Positions 9,260-17,732 are shown, numbered from the stretch's first letter. The stretch is 42,389 bases of DNA from Candidatus Micrarchaeota archaeon (GCA_964634375.1 CAZWIQ010000003.1:1-42389), one strand, 5' to 3'. Notes: generated by a model not told the origin, from the letters alone. A program made the numbers and translations.

Positions 9260-10641
9260 CTTTTTCGTTTGCCGACTTGCAGAAGTGGATTACTGAATGG
9301 GAAGGTCCAACGCTGGAGTTCAAGCTAAGGGTCAACGAAGACGCTGGGAACACGATTTCCGCGTTCGCCAACACCTTCGGCGGAACAATCGTTTTTGGGG
9401 TCGAATCCAAAAAAAAAGAATTAACGGGGTTAAGCAACGTCGACGAGGAAAGCCGGCGGCTGCGGCAAATCCTAGATTCCTGCAAGCCAAACCCAAAACC
9501 TGAAATAACCCACATCAAAGGAGAAGGAAAAACGTTTATCGCAGTCAGAGTCGAACAAATTGCTTATTCGCAGACGCCGTGCTTTTTCAAAAAACGCTGT
9601 TTCATAAGGCAAGGAACAACAAACCTAGAACTAGCGGGAGAAGAACTCATCGACTTTTTGAGAAAGCGAGCAATCCTTAATTTTGAGGAATCAAAAACCA
9701 GTGCCAGACTGCACGACTTGGATTTGGAGAAAATCAAGCGTTTTCTGAAGCAAAGGAAAACAAGTTATGAAAACCTAAATGAGGAAGAAACCAAGAGAAT
9801 TCTTGCGGGGCTAAGCGTAGCGAATTACAACGGAGAATTCTTTCTGAAAAACGTTGCGCTTCTTTTTTTCGCTAAAGACCCCCAAAAACTTTTTTCTAAT
9901 TTGGAGGCAAGAGTGGTCAGGTTCAAAGGAACAGAAGCAGAAGTAGGCGCAATCATTTTGGACAAACGCGTTTGCGGCACGATTCCGGAACTAATAAACG
10001 GAACTTACAAGCTTGTATCAGAAAATATTGGAAAAACCTTCAGATTAATCGGACCAGAGAGGAAGGAAATTCTGGACTACCCAGCCGAATCGCTTCGAGA
10101 GGTTATCACGAACTCGTTTGGACACCGGGACTACTTCGAAACAAAAGAAGTTTTAATCGAAATTTTTGAGGACAGACTAAGCATAACCAACCCAGGCGGG
10201 CTCCTACCTGGCCAAAATATTGCTAATTTCGACAAAACACCCCGCCATCGAAACCCAATAACCTATCGGTTGCTTCATGACCTAGGCTTGGGAGAAGGGC
10301 TCGGTCTCGGGGTCAGGTTGATTCGACGGCAATTTCGGGAAACCGGCTTGCCCGACCCAGAATTCTACGACGTTGGCAATGCGTTCCAAGTCGTTTTTTA
10401 CAATCATTCAAGCAAGAAGCCACGCCACGCAGTTGAATTTGAAAACGATAGGCAAAAGCAGGCGTTAGCTTACCTTCAAAAAAACAAGTCGATAAAATCG
10501 GCTGAATTCGCTCGCCTTGCGGGCGTTTCTATCCCAACAGCTCTTAAAGATTTGAAGGAATTGGAAAAGCAGGGCAAAATCAAAAAAATCGGAAAATACA
10601 AGGGGGCAAAATACGAATTGGAGAAACCTATAAAAACATAA
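9256..10641 (+). CDS. Schlafen-type AlbA_2 domain / HATPase_c_4 / C-terminal winged-HTH protein (COG2865-like)
   Basis: EGPTLEFKLRV....ISAFANTFGGTIVFGV is AlbA_2. HRDYFE...LSITNPGGL...RHRNP...GEGLGLGV is the RecG-C/HATPase_c_4-like part. C-terminal HTH is SAEFARLAGVSIPTALKDLKELEKQGKI. An ATGA overlap links it to the RM gene stop. Confidence 0.8.
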   Translation: MTFSFADLQKWITEWEGPTLEFKLRVNEDAGNTISAFANTFGGTIVFGVESKKKELTGLSNVDEESRRLRQILDSCKPNPKPEITHIKGEGKTFIAVRVEQIAYSQTPCFFKKRCFIRQGTTNLELAGEELIDFLRKRAILNFEESKTSARLHDLDLEKIKRFLKQRKTSYENLNEEETKRILAGLSVANYNGEFFLKNVALLFFAKDPQKLFSNLEARVVRFKGTEAEVGAIILDKRVCGTIPELINGTYKLVSENIGKTFRLIGPERKEILDYPAESLREVITNSFGHRDYFETKEVLIEIFEDRLSITNPGGLLPGQNIANFDKTPRHRNPITYRLLHDLGLGEGLGLGVRLIRRQFRETGLPDPEFYDVGNAFQVVFYNHSSKKPRHAVEFENDRQKQALAYLQKNKSIKSAEFARLAGVSIPTALKDLKELEKQGKIKKIGKYKGAKYELEKPIKT

Positions 10642-10684
10642 ACTTTCAGAAACTTTAAGTAATTTAAAGTAAGTTTAAGTAAAG
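10641..10684. repeat. Four 10-bp phased degenerate repeats (AACTTTCAGA AACTTTAAGT AATTTAAAGT AAGTTTAAGT)
   Basis: Read directly. The exact 10-bp period begins at the last base of the stop codon (10639-10641) of the AlbA_2 gene. Confidence 0.5.
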
Positions 10685-10692
10685 GCGATGTT

Positions 10693-10857
10693 TTGAGCGG
10701 CGTTAACGTAAACTCTAATGTTCCTTGGCAAGTCGCCATCTTCATTTTGAGCCTGCTAGCGCTGTTCTTTAGCGGAAACCTGTTGGGCGGAGACTGGTGG
10801 AAACTTGCTATTCCGGCACTAGTTGCGGCTATAATCTCGTTTATTTCAATGCTTTAG
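10693..10857 (+). CDS. Possible 54-aa two-TM mini-protein (TTG start), not in the supplied track
   Basis: Hand translation gives LSGVNVNSNVPWQVAIFILSLLALFFSGNLLGGDWWKLAIPALVAAIISFISML*. It has two hydrophobic segments and I see no SD. Confidence 0.25.
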   Translation: MSGVNVNSNVPWQVAIFILSLLALFFSGNLLGGDWWKLAIPALVAAIISFISML

Positions 10858-10867
10858 AAAAACACGA

Positions 10868-11029
10868 TTAAGTTATCTTCAATCCAGTGCGCTTTTCGAA
10901 TTCTTTAGCGTTGTAAACCTTCATTTTTCCGGCTTTAATCAACTTCAAAATTCGTTTGGCGTCGCGAACGTCTTCTTCATCTTCGCGCTCTTCCAATTCC
11001 CGCAATTGCTTCGCAGTTAATTTCACCAT
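10868..11029 (-). CDS. Small charged protein, antitoxin-like (53 aa)
   Basis: MVKLTAKQLRELEEREDEEDVRDAKRILKLIKAGKMKVYNAKEFEKRTGLKIT. GGTGG lies 6 nt upstream of the ATG at 11029. The acidic stretch followed by 'short visit + GL' resembles C-terminal parts of RHH/RelB-type antitoxins. No adjacent toxin is seen. Confidence 0.35.
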   Translation of the reverse strand: MVKLTAKQLRELEEREDEEDVRDAKRILKLIKAGKMKVYNAKEFEKRTGLKIT

Positions 11030-11125
11030 TTCAACCACCATTCGAGAAAACAAACGCAACAAACAATAAAAAACCAGCCGAATTTGTAAACAAAGCGCGT
11101 TAACATTTGTTACATTTAGGCGTTT

Positions 11126-12979
11126 TCAAGCGTAATAATAATTTCCGCTTTCTTTTTGTTCGCGGTCCGCGACGCTTCCCGCCTTGTTCGCCCTCGGGCG
11201 CCCCGTCTGCGGGTCGCGGCGGAAAGTCACGCCCATTTCCCGCAGGAAATCGTGCATTCCCTCGCGCTGCGCCTGCGGCGCCCCCGCTCGCCCTTCCTTG
11301 CCCGCCACGCCCGAAAACAGCAGGATTTTGTCCGAAACGGCATCGACGAACAGCAAGTCGTGATCCACCACGAAACAGGGGGTTGCGGTGGCTTCACTTG
11401 TCCGTTTGATGAGTTCGGCGGCTTCGAGCCGCTGCTCAACGTCGAGGAATGCGCTCGGCTCGTCGATTAACCGCAAATCGCATTCCTGCGCGAGCGCGAG
11501 CGCGATTGATAACCGCTGTAGTTCGCCGCCGCTCAGCTCTTTCACGCGCTTGTCGAGCAAGTCCTCGATTTCCAGCTTGCGCTTTATTTCCCCAAAACCA
11601 TCCGGGGGGTTAGTCATGGCTTTCGCGAAGAGTTCGCGCACGGTTCCAGTGAAGTCGCTTTTCAAGTACTGCGGCTTGTAAGCAACCCGCTTCTTCGGAA
11701 TCGAGTGAGCTGCGTCACCATCGCTCTTTTCAACGCCCGCCAAGAGTTTAACGAAAGTCGTTTTGCCTATGGCGTTCGGCCCGAGCACGCCGACGGTTTC
11801 AGCGAACACTTCGCCGCCGCGAACAGTCAAGCCAAAGTCAGAATACTTCTTGGTGAGCGGAGGGTAGGCAAAAACCGATTCCTTGCGGGCATCACTATTT
11901 GCGGGCGCTCGCGCGTGGAAGTGAATCGAGTGGTCGCGGAAACGCACGTTTTCCTCCCGCAGAAAGCCATCCAAGAATTCGTTGATGCCGACCCTCGTGC
12001 TTTTAGGCTGGCTGACTACTCCGAACGCGCTTTTCTCGCCGTAAAGCACGCACACGTTGTCGCTCAAGTAATCGAGAACCGCTAAGTCGTGTTCGACGAC
12101 CACGACGCTTTTTTTGTGTTGTTCAGCGAGCGAACGAACTCCTTTCGCCGCCAAAAGGCGCTGCTTGACGTCGAGGAAACTTGACGGCTCATCAAAAAAG
12201 TAGGTTTGAGCTTCGCGCACGAACGCCGCCGCGATTGCCGCGCGCTGCAACTCGCCGCCGCTCGCCTCGCACAGCTTTCGGTGCAAGCAATTCCCGAGTT
12301 CGAAAACCTTGATTGCTTCGTTGTAAGCGTCGCGCTCGTCACGCTCGCGAACGAACGACTCGATTGAATCGTCGCCGCGCTGCGCGGCGATTTCGTCGAC
12401 GTACTGCTGTTTCGAAACGACGCCGCGTTCGCCTGCCGGAGTCGTGAAAAACTGCGTTGCAGCAGGCGGCAGGTACGACCGAAGTTCTTTCGGCGTCAAA
12501 TCGTAATGAAAAACTCCGAAATTCGGCGCGAGCGAACCGTCGAGCAAGCGCAAGAGCGTCGTCTTCCCGATTCCGTTTACTCCGATGACGCCCGTGACGC
12601 TGCGCTTTTGCGGGAGGAGGAAGCCGAACAAGCGGAACGCGTTTTGCCCGAATTGGAAGAACGGCTCGCCGAGCGCGCGAGGCAGGTTGACGATCTTGAT
12701 TGCGCGGAACGGGCACTTTTTCGCGCAGAGGCTGCAGCCGACGCATTGTTTTTCGTCGATTACTGGGAAAATTTTTGACTTCTTTGCGTGATGAGCAACT
12801 GCGAGAGTTAGCTGGCTTTGCTTTGCTTCATCCTTCGGAATGGCTATCGCTCCGCCGCCCATTCGTTTTACGGGGCACGCTTTCACGCACGCGAAGCCGC
12901 ATTTTTCGGAATCGCACTTCGAAAAATCGATTACCGCGATTCGCGAGCCGCGCGTTCCGCTCGTATTCTTGTCCTTCAC
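11126..12979 (-). CDS. abce1: ABCE1 / RNase L inhibitor homologue (ribosome recycling ATPase)
   Basis: N-terminal di-cluster Fe-S domain (CDSEKCGFACVKACP; CVGCSLCAKKCP). Two ABC cassettes follow (GVNGIGKTT, LSGGELQR; GPNAIGKTT, LSGGELQR). Confidence 0.95.
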   Translation of the reverse strand: MKDKNTSGTRGSRIAVIDFSKCDSEKCGFACVKACPVKRMGGGAIAIPKDEAKQSQLTLAVAHHAKKSKIFPVIDEKQCVGCSLCAKKCPFRAIKIVNLPRALGEPFFQFGQNAFRLFGFLLPQKRSVTGVIGVNGIGKTTLLRLLDGSLAPNFGVFHYDLTPKELRSYLPPAATQFFTTPAGERGVVSKQQYVDEIAAQRGDDSIESFVRERDERDAYNEAIKVFELGNCLHRKLCEASGGELQRAAIAAAFVREAQTYFFDEPSSFLDVKQRLLAAKGVRSLAEQHKKSVVVVEHDLAVLDYLSDNVCVLYGEKSAFGVVSQPKSTRVGINEFLDGFLREENVRFRDHSIHFHARAPANSDARKESVFAYPPLTKKYSDFGLTVRGGEVFAETVGVLGPNAIGKTTFVKLLAGVEKSDGDAAHSIPKKRVAYKPQYLKSDFTGTVRELFAKAMTNPPDGFGEIKRKLEIEDLLDKRVKELSGGELQRLSIALALAQECDLRLIDEPSAFLDVEQRLEAAELIKRTSEATATPCFVVDHDLLFVDAVSDKILLFSGVAGKEGRAGAPQAQREGMHDFLREMGVTFRRDPQTGRPRANKAGSVADREQKESGNYYYA

Positions 12980-13123
12980 TGCAAACCAACTCGAGCCGAC
13001 CGAGCCACTGGAGCGTTAATAGTGAACGCGCGGGAATTAAAAACGAGGCGTTGAGGGGGTCAGGCGCCAAAAGAAAAAGACAAAAAAAAGCCGGGAAAAA
13101 GGTAGGGAAAAAAGTAAAAAAAG

Positions 13124-13324
13124 TCAAACCAGCAGTATGAGGACGCCGAGGAGGATGAGTATCAGCCCGAGCCAAAGCAAGCCGCCGACGAGCAAGTAAC
13201 CGAGAAACGCCATTAAAACCGAGCCGCTCGCGGCTTTCGGAGCGAAAAACAAGAGCCACTCGGCGACGAGTATGAGCAGCCCGACTGCGAGCGCGCCTAT
13301 TCCGAGTTTGCTTACCATGAACAT
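13124..13324 (-). CDS. Small hydrophobic membrane protein
   Basis: MFMVSKLGIGALAVGLLILVAEWLLFF...LLWLGLILILLGVLILLV is almost entirely TM. GGGGGAT lies just upstream. Confidence 0.4.
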   Translation of the reverse strand: MFMVSKLGIGALAVGLLILVAEWLLFFAPKAASGSVLMAFLGYLLVGGLLWLGLILILLGVLILLV

Positions 13325-13440
13325 CCCCCGCAAAAGCGCTTAAAGCGCGGCGGGTTAAAAAACCTTGTTTTTTAAGAACGCCGCAGCAAAACTAGTGAAT
13401 AAACGAAAGACGGAGAAAAAACGAAAAACGGAGAAAAGAA

Positions 13441-14496
13441 ATGAAGGCGAAAACCGAAGCGGGAGAAGGCGGGCTCAGCGTGCTCCGGCTTGAACCGGAG
13501 AGCCTTGAAGACTTATGGGTCGTCACGCGCCTAGCGCAGGCCGGCGACGTTGCGCGCGGCACGACGTGGCGCCGCTTCAAAACCCGCGGACTCGAACGCG
13601 CGGAAAGCGGAGAGAAAAAGAAAATCAAAGTCGAAATAAAAATCGGGAACGTGGAATACGCCGAAGCCGCGAACAAAGTGCGCTTGACCGGCGTGATTCT
13701 CCGCGGCGAACCCGAAGAATTCGCTCCCGCCGGCGAACACCAGACGCTCGACGTGGAAATCGGCACGCGCTTCGAACTCCGCAAAAAAATCGGGGTTTAC
13801 GAACGCAAAACGCTTGACGCCGCGCGCAAACGCGCGGCGCGCATAGACGCGCTGATCGTCGCGCTCGACGACGAGCGCGCAACGCTCGCGCAACTGACGC
13901 CGTCAGGCGTGCGCTACGCCTACGAAATCGAGAGCGAAGCCAGCAAGCGCGACCCGAAATCGTACGCGGAACTCCGCAAAAAGTATTTTTCGGAAATACT
14001 AAAGGCGTGCGAGGCGGCGGCGCAACGGGGCGCGAGTTTGATTGTCGCCGGCCCCGGATTCGCTAAAGACGACTTCAAGAAATACGCCGAACGGCAAAAC
14101 GCCGAAATTGCGGGGCGGATCGCGCTCGAAAACACGAGCAGCGCCGAACGCACGGGCGTAACCGAACTCGTCAAACGCGGAATCGTCCAGAAACTCCTCG
14201 GCGAACAAAAACAAACGGCGGAATGGGAAAAACTCGACGAACTCAAGAAAAGAGTCGCGCGCAACGGACTAGTCGCTTACGGACCCGGCGAAGTCGAGCG
14301 CGCAGTCGAAGCGCGCGCTGCTAGCGAAATACTCGTCTTGGACGACGTGCTCCGCAACGACGAGCGCGCGCAGCGCGCCGTAGAGCGCGCGGAACGCGGG
14401 GGGGCGGGCGTCTTCGTCTTCGATTCCCGCGACGAGGCGGGCCGCGAGTTCGCGGCGTTCGGCATTGCGTGCACGCTCCGCTACAAGCTAAGCTGA
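13441..14496 (+). CDS. pelA: Pelota (Dom34 homologue, aRF1-like ribosome rescue factor)
   Basis: LRLEPESLEDLWVVTRLAQAGDV..., a central domain and an eRF1_3-like C-terminus (GLVAYGPGEVERAVEARAASEILVLDDV). Confidence 0.9.
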   Translation: MKAKTEAGEGGLSVLRLEPESLEDLWVVTRLAQAGDVARGTTWRRFKTRGLERAESGEKKKIKVEIKIGNVEYAEAANKVRLTGVILRGEPEEFAPAGEHQTLDVEIGTRFELRKKIGVYERKTLDAARKRAARIDALIVALDDERATLAQLTPSGVRYAYEIESEASKRDPKSYAELRKKYFSEILKACEAAAQRGASLIVAGPGFAKDDFKKYAERQNAEIAGRIALENTSSAERTGVTELVKRGIVQKLLGEQKQTAEWEKLDELKKRVARNGLVAYGPGEVERAVEARAASEILVLDDVLRNDERAQRAVERAERGGAGVFVFDSRDEAGREFAAFGIACTLRYKLS

Positions 14497-14534
14497 AAAA
14501 AAGCGAGCGCGCCGAAACGGATGCCGAAGCGGTT

Positions 14535-14765
14535 TCAAGGGCGCAGGTTGGGAAAACGCAGGTTTTCGTGCGCAGTCTTGCGCCCCGACCAAACGTTGAA
14601 CGCCAGGAACAAAAGCATCGCCGCCAGCGCCAGCACCGTCAGGTTTCCCGCGACCAGAAAGTAAGCCGCGGCTAGGACCGCGACCGCCGGAACGAGGAAG
14701 TCGTTCGCAGAAAAAAAGCCGGATTCTTGATTGAAGTAGTCCATGTCGCTATCCTCTTTTTTCAT
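14535..14765 (-). CDS. Small membrane protein (2 TM)
   Basis: FLVPAVAVLAAAYFLVAGNLTVLALAAMLLFLAFNVW. I recognise no family. Confidence 0.35.
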   Translation of the reverse strand: MKKEDSDMDYFNQESGFFSANDFLVPAVAVLAAAYFLVAGNLTVLALAAMLLFLAFNVWSGRKTAHENLRFPNLRP

Positions 14766-14776
14766 TTAAACCACGA

Positions 14777-14860
14777 GCCGCGCTTCGCGCGGCAATGCAC
14801 GCGGAAGAGCAGGGGAAACCTGAAAGAGGAACACCCCCTGCGCGAATCCCCTGCCTCCGC
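14777..14860. other. Two strong hairpins: a 7-bp GC stem with a TTC loop (14777-14793), and a ~14-bp interrupted stem (14801-14816 paired with 14847-14860)
   Basis: Paired by hand. An inner helix is better on the minus-strand RNA (G-U versus A-C). This is a candidate structured leader or ncRNA upstream of the minus-strand ORF 14535-14765. Confidence 0.3.
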
Positions 14861-15002
14861 GGCACCACAACGGTTTTCCACGCAGCGCCAAAATGAGAAT
14901 AAAAAACGCGCAAACGCGAATAAACCCGGCTACCACCCCCCGCAAACATAAAGTTAAATTAATATAAATACTTTTCGTTTTTTGCTTTTTTTGTTATATT
15001 TT

Positions 15003-15018
15003 AAACACACGTGTGTTT
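15003..15018. promoter_or_regulatory. Perfect 16-bp palindrome AAACACACGTGTGTTT in an AT-rich divergent promoter region
   Basis: Read directly. It is a candidate operator. Confidence 0.35.
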
Positions 15019-15118
15019 TTTGCGTTGGCGGCGTTAGGCTTCTTTTTAAACCATTTTTAAAGACGGCGAAGGTTTTTTAATTAAGGCGCGAGTAACGCAT
15101 TCCCGTTTTTCGTTTTTC

Positions 15119-15166
15119 GGGTTGCGCTGGCGGCGGGGTTGCGCGGGTCGCGGCGGGCGGGTTGCG
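15119..15166 (+). repeat. Three exact copies of GGGTTGCG (15119, 15136, 15159), embedding a canonical G-quadruplex motif GGGG-N6-GGG-N7-GGG-N1-GGG (15135-15161)
   Basis: Counted by hand. It lies in the leader of the 15211 gene on the coding strand. Confidence 0.5.
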
Positions 15167-15210
15167 GCGAACGGGTTTCTGTGGCTGGATTGCGGCGGTT
15201 GGTGGGAGTC

Positions 15211-15933
15211 ATGGCGTTAAGCGTTTCGGACGCGGTTCTCGACGTCTTGGAAAACATGCACTTCTTGAAGCCGGCGATGAAGCTGGACTTGATAAACTAC
15301 TCGGCGCTAGCGCGCGTCATCCGCCCGTACGTCGAGGAAAAAATCGGGGCTCCCGTTGAACTCGAAACCATGGTAATGGCGATTCGCCGCAACGCGCACC
15401 TCCTGACGAAAACGCCTTCGCCCCTCGTCTTCGACGTAATCAAGGACATGAAGGTCGAACTCACGACGGGAATGAGCTTCGTGACGCTGAAACGCAAGCA
15501 CGGCGTTTACGAGCAGCTCATGGACCTCGTAAAGAGCGTGAACGCCGAGCAGATGGAAAACATTTGGGTGACGCAGCGCACGGACGAGATTTCCGTGATC
15601 ATTCCCGACCAGCTCCTGCAAAAACTCTCCAAACTCCCCGCGATAAGGAAGGACAAGTCGATAATCGCCGAGATTAGGAACGAGCTCGCGCTCATAAACA
15701 TCAAGGTGCCGAGCACGCACCTGGAAATCCCGGGAATTTACGGGGTTTTGACGACGAGGCTCGGCGACATGGGAATCAGCTTGTACAGCATAATGGCTTC
15801 GTTCACGAAACTCTCGTTCTTGTGCCGGGAAGAAGACGCGCCAATGGCGTACGACCGAATCAACCGCTTGATTCACGAAAGCAAGGAGTTGTCGCGGCTA
15901 GGCCGCGAATCCAAGAACCACTCGCTGATTTGA
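15211..15933 (+). CDS. Hypothetical protein, possibly with a C-terminal ACT-like domain
   Basis: ATG 15211 is preceded by GGTGGGAG. The C-terminal INIKVPSTHLEIPGIYGVLTTRLGDMGISLYSIMASFTKLSFLCREEDA looks ACT-like. The listed 15139 start lies in a G-rich repeat leader. Confidence 0.5.
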   Translation: MALSVSDAVLDVLENMHFLKPAMKLDLINYSALARVIRPYVEEKIGAPVELETMVMAIRRNAHLLTKTPSPLVFDVIKDMKVELTTGMSFVTLKRKHGVYEQLMDLVKSVNAEQMENIWVTQRTDEISVIIPDQLLQKLSKLPAIRKDKSIIAEIRNELALINIKVPSTHLEIPGIYGVLTTRLGDMGISLYSIMASFTKLSFLCREEDAPMAYDRINRLIHESKELSRLGRESKNHSLI

Positions 15934-15970
15934 AAAAAAAGAAATTTTAAAAAAGAAGAGACTAAACGGG

Positions 15971-16963
15971 TTACGCCCGCGCTTTTTTTCCCGCGAGCGC
16001 GAGCTGCGCGAGCAACGCCTCGAGCTGGACGCGCTCGTTAGCGCCCTCGCCTATCCGGAAATCGTATTCGCCGACTCGCTCGACGAGCGCGATCTTCGTT
16101 TCGTCGCCGACGTCGAGCGCCACGACTTCCTTGTAGACTTGCGCGATGACGTCTTCCCCGCTCAAACCGTACCGAAGCATCAAGTCGTCGAGAAGCGTCC
16201 GCGCTTTCAGGAATTCGCCGCGCAGCGCGAGCTGCACCATCTCGCCTACTTCCTTCGGCTTCGCGCGCGACGCGACTTTGTAAATGTCTTCTTCGCCGAC
16301 TTTCTTTTCGCCGAGCCCGCTCGCGCCTTGCAGGACGTTTATCGCCTTGCGCGCGTCCCCGTCCGCGACGTAAACGACTGCGTCCGCCGCCTTATCGTCG
16401 AGCTTGAGCCCTTCCCCGTCGGTGATTCGCGAAACGATTTTGCGCACGTCGCCTTCCGCGAGGCGCGGAAACCTAAAAACCGCGCAACGGCTTTGAATGG
16501 GCTCGATTATGCGCGACGAGTAATTCGCGCTGAGTACGAAGCGCGTGTTGCCCGAGAATTGTTCCATGGTCCTGCGCAGGGCTTGCTGCGCGTCGCCCGT
16601 CATCGCGTCGCATTCGTCGAGCAGAATGAGTTTGAACGACACGTCGGAAAGCGGGAGCGTGCGCGCGAAGTCCTTGATTTTGCCGCGCACGACGTCAATC
16701 CCCCGTTCATCAGAAGCATTCAATTCAAGAAAACACTGCCCGATTGCGTCACCATAAAGCTCGCGAGCCATGGCGAGCGCGCACGCGGTTTTGCCGCTGC
16801 CGGGCGGCCCGCAAAACATCAAGTGCGGGAGGTTCTTCGATTTCACGAACGCCTCGAGGCGCTTCGTAATCGCGTCGTGCCCGATGACGTCCTTCAGTTT
16901 GTGCGGGCGGTATTTCTCCACCCACGGAATGAATTCTTTAGCATCTTTCGACAACGAAACCAA
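15971..16963 (-). CDS. rfcS: Replication factor C small subunit
   Basis: WVEKYRPHKLKDVIGHD...LMFCGPPGSGKTA...LILLDECDAMT...SRC. The start may instead be the TTG at 16954, 9 nt after AGGTGGG. Confidence 0.95.
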   Translation of the reverse strand: MVSLSKDAKEFIPWVEKYRPHKLKDVIGHDAITKRLEAFVKSKNLPHLMFCGPPGSGKTACALAMARELYGDAIGQCFLELNASDERGIDVVRGKIKDFARTLPLSDVSFKLILLDECDAMTGDAQQALRRTMEQFSGNTRFVLSANYSSRIIEPIQSRCAVFRFPRLAEGDVRKIVSRITDGEGLKLDDKAADAVVYVADGDARKAINVLQGASGLGEKKVGEEDIYKVASRAKPKEVGEMVQLALRGEFLKARTLLDDLMLRYGLSGEDVIAQVYKEVVALDVGDETKIALVERVGEYDFRIGEGANERVQLEALLAQLALAGKKARA

Positions 16964-17129
16964 CCCACCTAAAAAGCGGTTTGCAAAAAAGCAAAAAAAG
17001 CGAGGACAACGCTTTAACAGCTACTCTTTTTTAAACCGAACGCTGGCTTTAATGCTTTCGCTAAGCGATGTTTTTAAACTCGAATCAAGCAAATTAATTC
17101 GCCTTGCTTTGTAGTCAAAAGCAGCGAAC

Positions 17130-17732
17130 CTAGGCTCGCTCCACGTCGTCGTGTCCAGGGAGCAAAACGCGCCAACCCAGTCCACCGAGCGTTTTGAGCG
17201 AGCGCTCCATCGCGCGCTGGTCGCCGCCCTCAAAATCAGTGCGGCCGAACGCGCCCGCGGCGAAAAGCGTGTCCCCGCTGAAAAGAATTTTCTTTCGCGC
17301 TTCCCAAAAGCAGACGCTTCCCGGAGTGTGCCCAGGAGTCGGCAAAACGGACAACGCGAAGCTCCCGAAAACGATTTTCTTCTTCAACGGCTTGAAGCGG
17401 GCTTTGCCTTCCCCGTGAATCAAGTAAAAGTCTTTCTCGCTCAAGAAAACGGGCGTTTTGCTCGGCAAGGCTTTTATTCCGCCGACGTGGTCGTAGTGCC
17501 CGTGAGTGCAGTAAACCGCTTTCACGGCGCCCTTCAACTCCTTGATTGCGGCGTTCAACTCCTTCGCCGTCTGCTCGCTCAAATTACCGCAGTCTATAAG
17601 CAGCAAAGAACCCTTGTTTTTAAGGAAAAAGCAGTTGCTGGAAATGTTGTCGAACGCCTCCCAGCCGCGCAGGAAGAAAACGCCGGGCGCCACTTTCTCA
17701 AGCACGCGAACACCCTCCTGAAGCGGTTTCAC
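17130..17732 (-). CDS. Metallo-beta-lactamase fold hydrolase
   Basis: LLLIDCG...THGHYDHVGG...TPGHTPGS...SGDTLF...LPGHD. GTG 17732 overlaps the TGA of the upstream zinc-ribbon ORF (GTGA). An alternative start is the ATG at 17783. Confidence 0.8.
   Translation of the reverse strand: MKPLQEGVRVLEKVAPGVFFLRGWEAFDNISSNCFFLKNKGSLLLIDCGNLSEQTAKELNAAIKELKGAVKAVYCTHGHYDHVGGIKALPSKTPVFLSEKDFYLIHGEGKARFKPLKKKIVFGSFALSVLPTPGHTPGSVCFWEARKKILFSGDTLFAAGAFGRTDFEGGDQRAMERSLKTLGGLGWRVLLPGHDDVERA

Noticed and set aside
14797-14830. GC-GGAA-GAGCAGGGGAAACC resembles the GNAR tetraloop plus GGAGCA motif of SRP RNA helix 8.
   Set aside because: The free space (about 170 nt) is too short for an archaeal ~300-nt SRP RNA, and I could not find helix 5/6 counterparts. 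It is probably chance.
14893-14943. A minus-strand segment beginning GCGGGGGGTGGTAGCCGGG, which looks like the 5' end of a tRNA and could be a split-tRNA half.
   Set aside because: I could not build a D-arm, an anticodon arm or any T-arm (there is no GTTCRAATC-like element nearby). It is followed by a short hairpin plus a T-run. It is retained only as part of the candidate small-RNA region.
14948-15075. An AT-rich ~120-bp core with a palindrome, considered as a possible replication origin.
   Set aside because: I saw no repeated ORB-like elements flanking the AT-rich core and there is no orc1/cdc6 gene nearby. Divergent promoters explain the AT-richness more simply.
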